Shown: positions 1 to 6,487 of the stretch, piece after piece
Layout of the letters: each line of letters begins with the position of its first letter
Numbering within the stretch: position 1 is the first letter of the stretch
IMG/VR virus record: IMGVR_UViG_3300033067_001437
Location: 1 to 31,001 of that record
DNA length: 31,001 nt
Direction: 5' to 3' (one strand)
DNA from: a virus
Lineage: Duplodnaviria; Caudoviricetes
Position numbers and translations under genes: made by a program
The notes under the pieces: generated by a model
What the model saw: only the letters and a program-made list of their open reading frames with translations
Database searches by the model: none
What the model was told of the DNA's origin: nothing

Positions 1-125
1 GTTCGAATTACCCGCTTCGACCCCCTCGTGGAAGGACCCGTGGGCCGGCGCACCATGTTGGTGCGTTACAGACAACGCGTTGCGCAGAGCGGATCCATAG
101 CCATCAGGGGCACGGGGACTTACCA

Positions 126-323
126 TCACGGCATCTCCGCTAGATATCGTTTGGCATTGGCAGACTCGGCGGCCAGATAATCTTCGGCGGCCATAGCGTC
201 ATCGCTCCACCATGCCGTGATGTCGGTGCGCAGCTGGGCGACGTCCTGCTCCGACCACCCGTGGCACCTGGACTCGCAAGCGCAAATAGCCTCCATTGCG
301 GAGGCGCGTTCTGATCTGGTCAT
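126..323 (-). CDS. Hypothetical phage protein (65 aa)
   Basis: ATG at 323 overlaps the TGA of the upstream gene (ATGA coupling); shorter start chosen within track ORF 126..371. Confidence 0.55.
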   Translation of the reverse strand: MTRSERASAMEAICACESRCHGWSEQDVAQLRTDITAWWSDDAMAAEDYLAAESANAKRYLAEMP

Positions 324-523
324 ATCCGCCGCTGACGCTTGGTCCAGTCGTACCTGCAGAATTCGTCGCACCAGCGAAGGTCATCCGATACTGGCTCTCC
401 GCAATTCAGGCAGATGCCTGTAGGTGCCACCTCCTGGCGCGACGCCTGATAGCTGGCCTCGCTGATTGCAGCCTGCAGGGCTGCTTCTGCCTTGTCGTTG
501 GCTTGGTCGATGATGTCAGCCAT
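320..523 (-). CDS. TraR/DksA-like C4 zinc-finger phage protein
   Basis: MADIIDQANDKAE N-terminus and CLNC...WCDEFC; ATG overlaps the stop of the preceding gene. Confidence 0.75.
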   Translation of the reverse strand: MADIIDQANDKAEAALQAAISEASYQASRQEVAPTGICLNCGEPVSDDLRWCDEFCRYDWTKRQRRI

Positions 524-927
524 CAGCCCGCCCGCCCAACCAACAACGACTTCAGCAACGCGTTCTCCTGCTGCAGCCGCTCCTTTGCCTCCCGCTCGAC
601 GCGGGCCTGGCGCTTCCACTCGTCCTCGACTTCCTTCAGTTCGTAGCCGCGGCGCAGGGCCAGCCAGATCAGCGGAACCTCGTTGCCGCAGACATCCATC
701 AGCTTCTGCAGCCGCTCCTGCGGGAAGTGGGCCTGGCCGGTCTTGATGCGCGACCACTGTGCCGCATCGATGCCCAGGGCGCGGCACAGCTCCTTGTCGT
801 CCAGACCAGCGATCTGCTGGCACATCAGGATGGCCGCCGTCATCGTCGGCAGCCGTGCCACCAGGGCCGGATCCACCTTCTGCATTGCCGGCTTCATCGG
901 CAGGTCAAACTGTTCAGGAGCGCCCAT
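523..927 (-). CDS. CII-like / XRE HTH transcriptional regulator
   Basis: HTH-like DDKELCRALGIDAAQWSRIKTG, C-terminal coiled coil, position downstream of cro. Confidence 0.65.
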   Translation of the reverse strand: MGAPEQFDLPMKPAMQKVDPALVARLPTMTAAILMCQQIAGLDDKELCRALGIDAAQWSRIKTGQAHFPQERLQKLMDVCGNEVPLIWLALRRGYELKEVEDEWKRQARVEREAKERLQQENALLKSLLVGRAG

Positions 928-977
928 GAGCAACGACCCTCAATTCAATTGATTGCTGTTGACGGTCGAAATGACCG

Positions 978-1014
978 AAAAAAAGAACCGGGCCCCGCGA
1001 TCGCGGAAGCCCGG
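978..1014 (-). terminator. Intrinsic terminator (tR1-like position between cro and cII-like gene)
   Basis: Minus strand CCGGGCTTCCGCGATCGCGGGGCCCGG hairpin followed by TTCTTTTTTT. Confidence 0.65.
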
Positions 1015-1113
1015 CCAACCCCAACAGAGGAGGTGCTGACGTGAAACAAGGCGGCCAGTCCATGACGGATAGAATTGACAGCGCGACCCATCAACCCACC
1101 GAAAGGACTGGCC

Positions 1114-1662
1114 ATGACCATGCACACCATCCACTTCATGCGGGATATCACGCCGGATACCCTGACTGGACTGCAAAACGCGGCCATGAGCGCCATCAGT
1201 GCCAATGCCTCGGAGATCACGATTTATCTCTCCAGTTCAGGGGGCCTGACCGATCAGGCGTTCGCCGCCTACCACTTCATCCGATCTTTGCCCATTCCCG
1301 TCACCATTCACTGCATTGGGAACATCGAGTCCATGGCCGTCGTCATGTTTCTGGCCGCCGATACCCGACTGATCGTTCCCCATGGAAAGATCAAGATTCA
1401 CCCCATGCACTGGGGATTCACGGGTGGAACAGTGGACCACGACCGGCTTGCCGAGTACGTCGCCTCCCTCAATTTCGACGCGGAGCGCTATGCGGCCATC
1501 TTCGACGAGCGCACACAGGGAGCGAATCAGCCGGTGGATGTCCGCGCCCATCTCGGGGGTCAAGCGAAACTGTTGGGGTCCGCCGAAGGCATGGCCTCCG
1601 GGATAGCCACCGGAATTGCGGACGCCGCAGTTCCTGCAGGGGCAACCAAGTGGTGGGTCTAG
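1114..1662 (+). CDS. ClpP-family serine protease, moron-like insertion
   Basis: ITIYLSSSGG, GNIESMA (catalytic Ser context) and IHP motifs of the ClpP fold; AAAGGA RBS before ATG 1114. Confidence 0.8.
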   Translation: MTMHTIHFMRDITPDTLTGLQNAAMSAISANASEITIYLSSSGGLTDQAFAAYHFIRSLPIPVTIHCIGNIESMAVVMFLAADTRLIVPHGKIKIHPMHWGFTGGTVDHDRLAEYVASLNFDAERYAAIFDERTQGANQPVDVRAHLGGQAKLLGSAEGMASGIATGIADAAVPAGATKWWV

Positions 1663-1676
1663 GGAGCAAACACCCA

Positions 1677-1922
1677 TCACGCCGCCTCCTTCTGCTCGCA
1701 ACGCGTGGCCCGGAGGTATCCCCAATCCACGTCTGGGCGCAGGTCTTCGCAGGTGACGGCGCCGTTGGTGGCGCGTTCTATGGATGGGCAGCGTTCTGCG
1801 GGGATTGGACGGCGCCCGGTTTCCCATTGACTCACTGCCGATGGGGTGACGCTCAGCACACCAGCAAGCACCCTACGGCCACCCAAAACCTTGCAAGCGC
1901 GCGTTATCGATTCGCTTCTCAT
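1677..1922 (-). CDS. cro: Cro-like (YdaS family) regulator
   Basis: LSVTPSAVSQW HTH and IERATNGAVTCEDLRPDVDW, typical of the YdaS/Cro family. Confidence 0.85.
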   Translation of the reverse strand: MRSESITRACKVLGGRRVLAGVLSVTPSAVSQWETGRRPIPAERCPSIERATNGAVTCEDLRPDVDWGYLRATRCEQKEAA

Positions 1923-1928
1923 TCGCGC

Positions 1929-1957
1929 ACAGTATAGCAATGCTCACCAACTGTCAA
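1929..1957 (-). promoter_or_regulatory. PR-like sigma70 promoter for cro with operator-like AGCAATGCT in the spacer
   Basis: TTGACA(1957-1952)-17 bp-TACTGT(1934-1929); predicted +1 falls at about the cro ATG (1922). Confidence 0.65.
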
Positions 1958-1960
1958 GCC

Positions 1961-1989
1961 TTGACTGTTGGTTAGCGTTGCTCTATTCT
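1961..1989 (+). promoter_or_regulatory. PL-like sigma70 promoter of the early operon with operator-like AGCGTTGCT in the spacer
   Basis: TTGACT(1961-1966)-17 bp-TATTCT(1984-1989). Confidence 0.7.
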
Positions 1990-2152
1990 TAGCACCGTCA
2001 CTCCACGTCCAGGCTTACTGAAAAGTCGATTGATGGCGCGATGACCGGCCGCCTGGGCCGAACGAACCGGGCCGCAGCCTGAGAGCGCAACAGGCCGTAA
2101 CGGGAGAACGAAAGCCCCGCGACATTCCGGGAGAGGCCGGTCAAGTTGGGGG

Positions 2153-2344
2153 ATGGCGATGACACGCTTGGAACCGACCACCGAGGATCTGCGCTCCGCA
2201 TTCGACCGGGTCAAGGTCTTGCGCTTCCGTGGCTGGACGTTCGAACGCGCCATGGCCACGCCGCTGATCCGGGCTGCGCTCAGGCTTTCTGCCTTATCCA
2301 GGCTTCGCGGTGCGCCCTGCCCCACTCAGGTTCAACTTTTCTGA
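2153..2344 (+). CDS. Hypothetical early protein
   Basis: First ORF after the promoter and leader, G-rich RBS. Confidence 0.55.
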   Translation: MAMTRLEPTTEDLRSAFDRVKVLRFRGWTFERAMATPLIRAALRLSALSRLRGAPCPTQVQLF

Positions 2345-2354
2345 GGACCTCCGC

Positions 2355-2618
2355 ATGATCACCACCGCCCGAACCGACTGGATCAACCGCCGTGTCGAGC
2401 AGATGATGCTCGACGACACCTCTACCGTAGAGATCGTCGAGGACATCCAAGCCCACGGCGGCGTGGCACATATCGGACTCTGCGCCGCTCTGCGCCGGGT
2501 CATCATTGCCGAAAGCCGCGTGGCCGAAATCCAGGCCCTCGACGACGCCAGGGACATCGTCCAGGCGTTCGCGTTCCTGCGCGCCTCCAACGAATACGAC
2601 CGGAGGGCCGCAGCATGA
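2355..2618 (+). CDS. Hypothetical early protein
   Basis: GAGG RBS, ATG 2355, GC3-rich codons, ATGA overlap with next gene. Confidence 0.6.
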   Translation: MITTARTDWINRRVEQMMLDDTSTVEIVEDIQAHGGVAHIGLCAALRRVIIAESRVAEIQALDDARDIVQAFAFLRASNEYDRRAAA

Positions 2619-2806
2619 GCCCCGGCGCCTGCGCCATCTTCTACCCGCCGCGGGAGACCTTCCTGGCCGCCGTGCAGGAAGCCCTGGCCGACCAGCCCCA
2701 CATCCAGGCCAAGCTCTGCACCGATGGCCGGCGCGTGGCCTGGCTGCCGCGTCGCCCGGCCGGCTGGTGGCCCATCAACACACTCATCGTCAAGGAGGCC
2801 GCATGA
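2615..2806 (+). CDS. Hypothetical early protein
   Basis: GGAGG RBS; ATGA overlaps on both sides. Confidence 0.6.
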   Translation: MSPGACAIFYPPRETFLAAVQEALADQPHIQAKLCTDGRRVAWLPRRPAGWWPINTLIVKEAA

Positions 2807-2988
2807 TCGCCCACCTGAAGCTCTACCTCTTGCGTCGCCGGCTGCGCGCCGTGCAGCGCAACGTCACTGAGATCCGCGAGACCCTGGCTTTCGGCCATAG
2901 CCTGCTGGCCCGCCAGGTGCAGCAGGAGCAGGCCCTGAAGGCGCAGATCCGCGCCATGGAAGTGTTCGGCGGGAGGATCGCAGCGTGA
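2803..2988 (+). CDS. Hypothetical early protein (coiled-coil)
   Basis: AAGGAGG RBS, ATG 2803 (MIAHLKLY...), coupled to neighbours. Confidence 0.6.
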   Translation: MIAHLKLYLLRRRLRAVQRNVTEIRETLAFGHSLLARQVQQEQALKAQIRAMEVFGGRIAA

Positions 2989-3101
2989 GCATCCTCATCA
3001 TCACCTGGGCCTCCACCCTGGCCATCGTGCTGCTCTTCATCGCTGGCGCCGGCCACGCCTCTGCAGGCCGCGGCCGCCGCGACACGGACGGGAGCCGCTG
3101 A
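2985..3101 (+). CDS. Small membrane peptide (38 aa), not in ORF track
   Basis: GGAGG RBS, GTG overlapping upstream stop; MSILIITWASTLAIVLLFIAGAG hydrophobic stretch. Confidence 0.5.
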   Translation: MSILIITWASTLAIVLLFIAGAGHASAGRGRRDTDGSR

Positions 3102-3286
3102 TGGCCGCCACCGAACACGAACAGACCCTGACGCGGGCCAACGTGACCCTGCTGCAGGAACTCAACCACCAGGCCCGGCAGCTTGTCGTCGCCGGCCACA
3201 TCGTGCGCATGCTCCGGTCGATGCCCATTCATGACTGGAACGAAGCCCAGGAGGCACTGAAGAAATGGGACGCCCTGCAAGCATGA
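3101..3286 (+). CDS. Hypothetical early protein
   Basis: TGATG overlap, GGAG RBS. Confidence 0.55.
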   Translation: MAATEHEQTLTRANVTLLQELNHQARQLVVAGHIVRMLRSMPIHDWNEAQEALKKWDALQA

Positions 3287-3843
3287 CACCCAAGCCCGGC
3301 ACCAAGGCGGACATCGCCATCCTGTTCATCAAGCACCGGGGCGTCGCCAGATCTTCCGAGATCGCCGCCGCCTGCGAAATGCCGCAGAGCCACGTGGCCT
3401 CGACGCTGGGCCCCTACGTAGACAAGGGCGTGCTCATCTGCTGCAAGGTCAGCAGCCCGGGCAAGCCCGACACCAACGAATATCGGATCGGCGCCGGCAT
3501 CACCTCGCGTACGCAGGTGCCCGAGCTGCAGTTCGTTCCGAGCAAGACGCCCCAGCGGACGGTGGGCCAAAACATCCGCAGCGGTCCATCGGCTCCTCCC
3601 ATGACTCCTCCCGCCGAGGGGACCGCCGTTGCCAATAGAGCGCCCATCCCGTCCGACCCTACTCAGGCTGCCAAGCCCGGGCGGGATGGTGCGCGCAACG
3701 AGATCCGATTGAGCATCGACGACGACGCCCGCCTGTCGATCACCCTGGCCGACGGCCAGTCCGACCCCCTGCGCCTGACGCCGGAAGAGACGCTGGCGCT
3801 GGGGGACTTCCTTGTCTGTACCCAGCAACTCTGGAGACCCTGA
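3283..3843 (+). CDS. Hypothetical protein with N-terminal winged-HTH-like region
   Basis: RSSEIAAACEMPQSHVASTLGPYVDKGVL pattern; ATGA coupling. Confidence 0.55.
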   Translation: MTPKPGTKADIAILFIKHRGVARSSEIAAACEMPQSHVASTLGPYVDKGVLICCKVSSPGKPDTNEYRIGAGITSRTQVPELQFVPSKTPQRTVGQNIRSGPSAPPMTPPAEGTAVANRAPIPSDPTQAAKPGRDGARNEIRLSIDDDARLSITLADGQSDPLRLTPEETLALGDFLVCTQQLWRP

Positions 3844-4184
3844 TGGCAAAACCTATCCACGAAACCCTCCGTCATATTGGTGGCGGCGTATTCATCGACA
3901 CGGCCAGCGACAGGATGGCAGAGCTCGTCAATGCCGTCGATAGCAGCGGCAAGGCCGGAAAGCTGACCATCGAAATCAAGGTCAAGAAGGCCACCCGCGG
4001 CGGCGCCATGCACATCACCGGCAACGTGAAACTCTCCAAGCCGGCCGAGGAACCCATGGAGGCGATGCTCTTCGCCACCCCGGAGGGCAACCTGGTCGCT
4101 GATGACCCGCGCCAGACCAAGCTTGACCTGAAGAGCGTACCCGGCACCACCGACATCACCACCGCCAACCTCAAGACCGCGTAA
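3843..4184 (+). CDS. Conserved phage protein, partner of DUF2303 (YfdP-like)
   Basis: GKAGKLTIEIKVK...FATPEGNLVADDPRQTKLDL motif; adjacent to DUF2303 gene. Confidence 0.75.
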   Translation: MAKPIHETLRHIGGGVFIDTASDRMAELVNAVDSSGKAGKLTIEIKVKKATRGGAMHITGNVKLSKPAEEPMEAMLFATPEGNLVADDPRQTKLDLKSVPGTTDITTANLKTA

Positions 4185-4198
4185 GGACCCCGCCCACC

Positions 4199-5059
4199 AT
4201 GGAAACCACCAACGAACTCAGCAACATCGCCCAGACCCTGGCCAAGGAAATGAAGTCTCCCATCGAGATCATCAGCGAGCCGGGCGGCAACATGAAGCGC
4301 TGCGCGCTCCCGCCCGGCTGGCAACTGGTCGAGAAGGACGACGACGCCAAGATCCTGGCGGCCCCGCGGCGCAAGATCGCCAAGGTCAAGCTGCACGACT
4401 CCGAGAGCTTCATCGAGTACATCAAGCGCCACGGCTCGCTGACCGACAGCACCATCTGGTGCGTGGCCGATTACAAGGCCGGCAAGGTCAATTTCCTCGG
4501 CATCCTCAACGACCACGGCGAGGACGAAAACAAGCCGGACTGGCGCGACCACCGCGCCACCTTCTATCCCGAGTTCTCCGAGGAATGGACCCGCTGGATC
4601 AACAAGAACAAGCAGGCGTTCAACCAGGCCGACTTCGCAGCATTCATCGAGGACAACCTGAAGGACATCGTAAGCCACGACAACAGCCCGACCGGCGCAC
4701 AGATGCTCGAGATGGCGCTGACCTTCGAGGCCAACCAGGACATGCGCTTCAAGTCGGCGATCCGGCTGCAGAACGGCGGCGTGCAGATGAGCTTCGTTCA
4801 GGACGACGATGCCCAGACGCTGCAGAAGATGCAGGTCTTCGACCGCTTCTCCATCGGCATCCCCGTGTTCTGGAACGGCGACGCCTACCGGGTCGACGCA
4901 CGCCTCCGCTACCGTGTGCGCGACGGAAAGCTGACGTTCTGGTTCGAACTGATGCGCCAGGACAAGGTGCTAGAGGCCGCCACTCAGACGCTGATCACCG
5001 TCATCCGCGAGAAGACCGGCAATCCGTTCTTCTTTGGCGAGCCGTTCATCGCTGCATAA
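4199..5059 (+). CDS. DUF2303 (YfdQ-like) phage protein
   Basis: ILNDH...WRDHRA, FNQADFAAFIEDN and IPVF...ARLRYR motifs. Confidence 0.85.
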   Translation: METTNELSNIAQTLAKEMKSPIEIISEPGGNMKRCALPPGWQLVEKDDDAKILAAPRRKIAKVKLHDSESFIEYIKRHGSLTDSTIWCVADYKAGKVNFLGILNDHGEDENKPDWRDHRATFYPEFSEEWTRWINKNKQAFNQADFAAFIEDNLKDIVSHDNSPTGAQMLEMALTFEANQDMRFKSAIRLQNGGVQMSFVQDDDAQTLQKMQVFDRFSIGIPVFWNGDAYRVDARLRYRVRDGKLTFWFELMRQDKVLEAATQTLITVIREKTGNPFFFGEPFIAA

Positions 5060-5072
5060 CAGGGGGACCGAA

Positions 5073-5690
5073 ATGAACGCACCCGCCACACCCGAAATCA
5101 CCACCATCCTGGGCACCGCCCTCGCCGGTGGCTTCTACGCCGGCCGGATCCGCCAGGACGATGGCCGCATCTACGCCCTGTTCGTCGCCCCGAAGGCAGA
5201 AGGCGAGCACGCACCGGCCATCTGGATCCCGGACTACCAGGCAGTGCCCGGCGCCCAGTCTTACAACGACGGCCTCGCCAACACCCAGGCCATGGCCGCC
5301 GCGGGCAGCCAGCTTGCCCAGTGGGCCCTGGGCTTGAGTATCGGCGGCCGCAATGACTGGTACCTGCCCAGCCAGGACGAGCTCGAGATCATCTACCGCA
5401 ACCTCAAGCCCACCGAGGATGAGAACAGCGGCTGGTATCGCTCCGGAATGAACCCGTCCGCCGTCGAACCGACGCGACCCTACCTGCCGACGGCCCCGTT
5501 GCAGACGCCTGCAAGCCTCTTCCAGGCCGGTGCCGCCGAAGCCTTCGAAGCGGACTGGTACTGGACGTCCACGCAGCACGCAGCCAATTCGGACTGTGCC
5601 TGGTACCAGCACTTCGACGACGGCAACCAGGACGACTACTGCACGAGCCTCAAGCTGCGCGCCCGCGCCGTCCGCAGATTGCCCATTTAG
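5073..5690 (+). CDS. DGR target protein 1 (DUF1566 / CLec-like, 205 aa)
   Basis: DWYLPSQDEL and WYWTSTQ motifs, C-terminal RARAVRR; carries VR1. Confidence 0.9.
   Translation: MNAPATPEITTILGTALAGGFYAGRIRQDDGRIYALFVAPKAEGEHAPAIWIPDYQAVPGAQSYNDGLANTQAMAAAGSQLAQWALGLSIGGRNDWYLPSQDELEIIYRNLKPTEDENSGWYRSGMNPSAVEPTRPYLPTAPLQTPASLFQAGAAEAFEADWYWTSTQHAANSDCAWYQHFDDGNQDDYCTSLKLRARAVRRLPI
5573..5679 (+). repeat. DGR variable repeat VR1 (107 bp)
   Basis: Aligns ungapped to TR 6662-6768 with 11 mismatches, all at TR adenines. Confidence 0.97.
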
Positions 5691-5719
5691 TCCTTCATCA
5701 ATTTTCCATCGGAGGTCAC

Positions 5720-6103
5720 ATGACCACTGCTGCACACAAGGCCGAATGGCTGCGCAACAACACCAAGAAGGGCGAGGTCTACGCGGGCCTCATCCTTGGC
5801 CAGGAGGGCGAGAAGGATTACCACCTGTTCCTGCTGCCCACAGAAGCGGTCGGCATCACCTGGAAGAACGCCGTCGCCTGGGCGAAGAAGGAAGGTGGGC
5901 AACTGCCGAGCCGCCGCGAGCTCCGCCTGCTGGCCGCCAATGCCTTCGACTGCTTTGCCAAGGACGCCTACTGGTCCAGCGAGCAGCACGCAGCCGATTC
6001 GGACTCTGCCTGGTACCAGTACTTCTACGACGGCTACCAGGACGACTACTACACGGACAACAAGCTGCGCGCCCGCGCCGTCCGCAGATCAGTCATTGAG
6101 TAA
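5720..6103 (+). CDS. DGR target protein 2 (DUF1566 / CLec-like, 127 aa)
   Basis: TWKNAVAWAKKEGGQLPSRREL and AYWSSEQ motifs, RARAVRR; carries VR2; GGAGG RBS. Confidence 0.9.
   Translation: MTTAAHKAEWLRNNTKKGEVYAGLILGQEGEKDYHLFLLPTEAVGITWKNAVAWAKKEGGQLPSRRELRLLAANAFDCFAKDAYWSSEQHAADSDSAWYQYFYDGYQDDYYTDNKLRARAVRRSVIE
5983..6089 (+). repeat. DGR variable repeat VR2 (107 bp)
   Basis: Aligns ungapped to TR with 10 mismatches, all at TR adenines. Confidence 0.97.
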
Positions 6104-6133
6104 TTCAGCCCTTTCCTGATCCTTTCATCGGCC

Positions 6134-6487
6134 ATGGCCCTCCATACCCAGCTTCCGATTTACAAGGTCGCCTACGACTTTCTGGACATCATCACTGAGC
6201 TCGCCAGGAGCATGCCCCGGGACTTCAAGCAGTCCATCGGCGGCAAGCTCCGCGACGAGTGCGTCCAGATCATCGTGGAGATCTTCCGGGCGAACTGCGC
6301 ACGCGAGAAAGCGCCTCACCTCGAGGCCCTCATCGAGCGTCTGCAGGTCGCCGAGCTGCTGCTGCGCCTCTCCTGCGACAAGCGCCTGATCTCCCGGGCC
6401 CAGTACGCCAAGGCGATCGCGCTGACCAACAGCATCGGCAAGCAGGCGGGAGGCTGGCGCCGCTCCGCACTTTCGCCCGCTTCATGA
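6134..6487 (+). CDS. avd: DGR accessory variability determinant (four-helix bundle)
   Basis: LPIYKVAYDFL...MPRDFKQSIG...IGKQAGGW signature; sits between targets and TR. Confidence 0.9.
   Translation: MALHTQLPIYKVAYDFLDIITELARSMPRDFKQSIGGKLRDECVQIIVEIFRANCAREKAPHLEALIERLQVAELLLRLSCDKRLISRAQYAKAIALTNSIGKQAGGWRRSALSPAS

Noticed and set aside
1041-1937. 298-aa plus-strand ORF as the missing repressor
   Set aside because: It has no HTH or S24 features and overlaps the ClpP-like gene and cro in other frames
6259-6483. ORF-track RT start at 6259
   Set aside because: It overlaps most of avd in another frame and is likely just an open-frame extension
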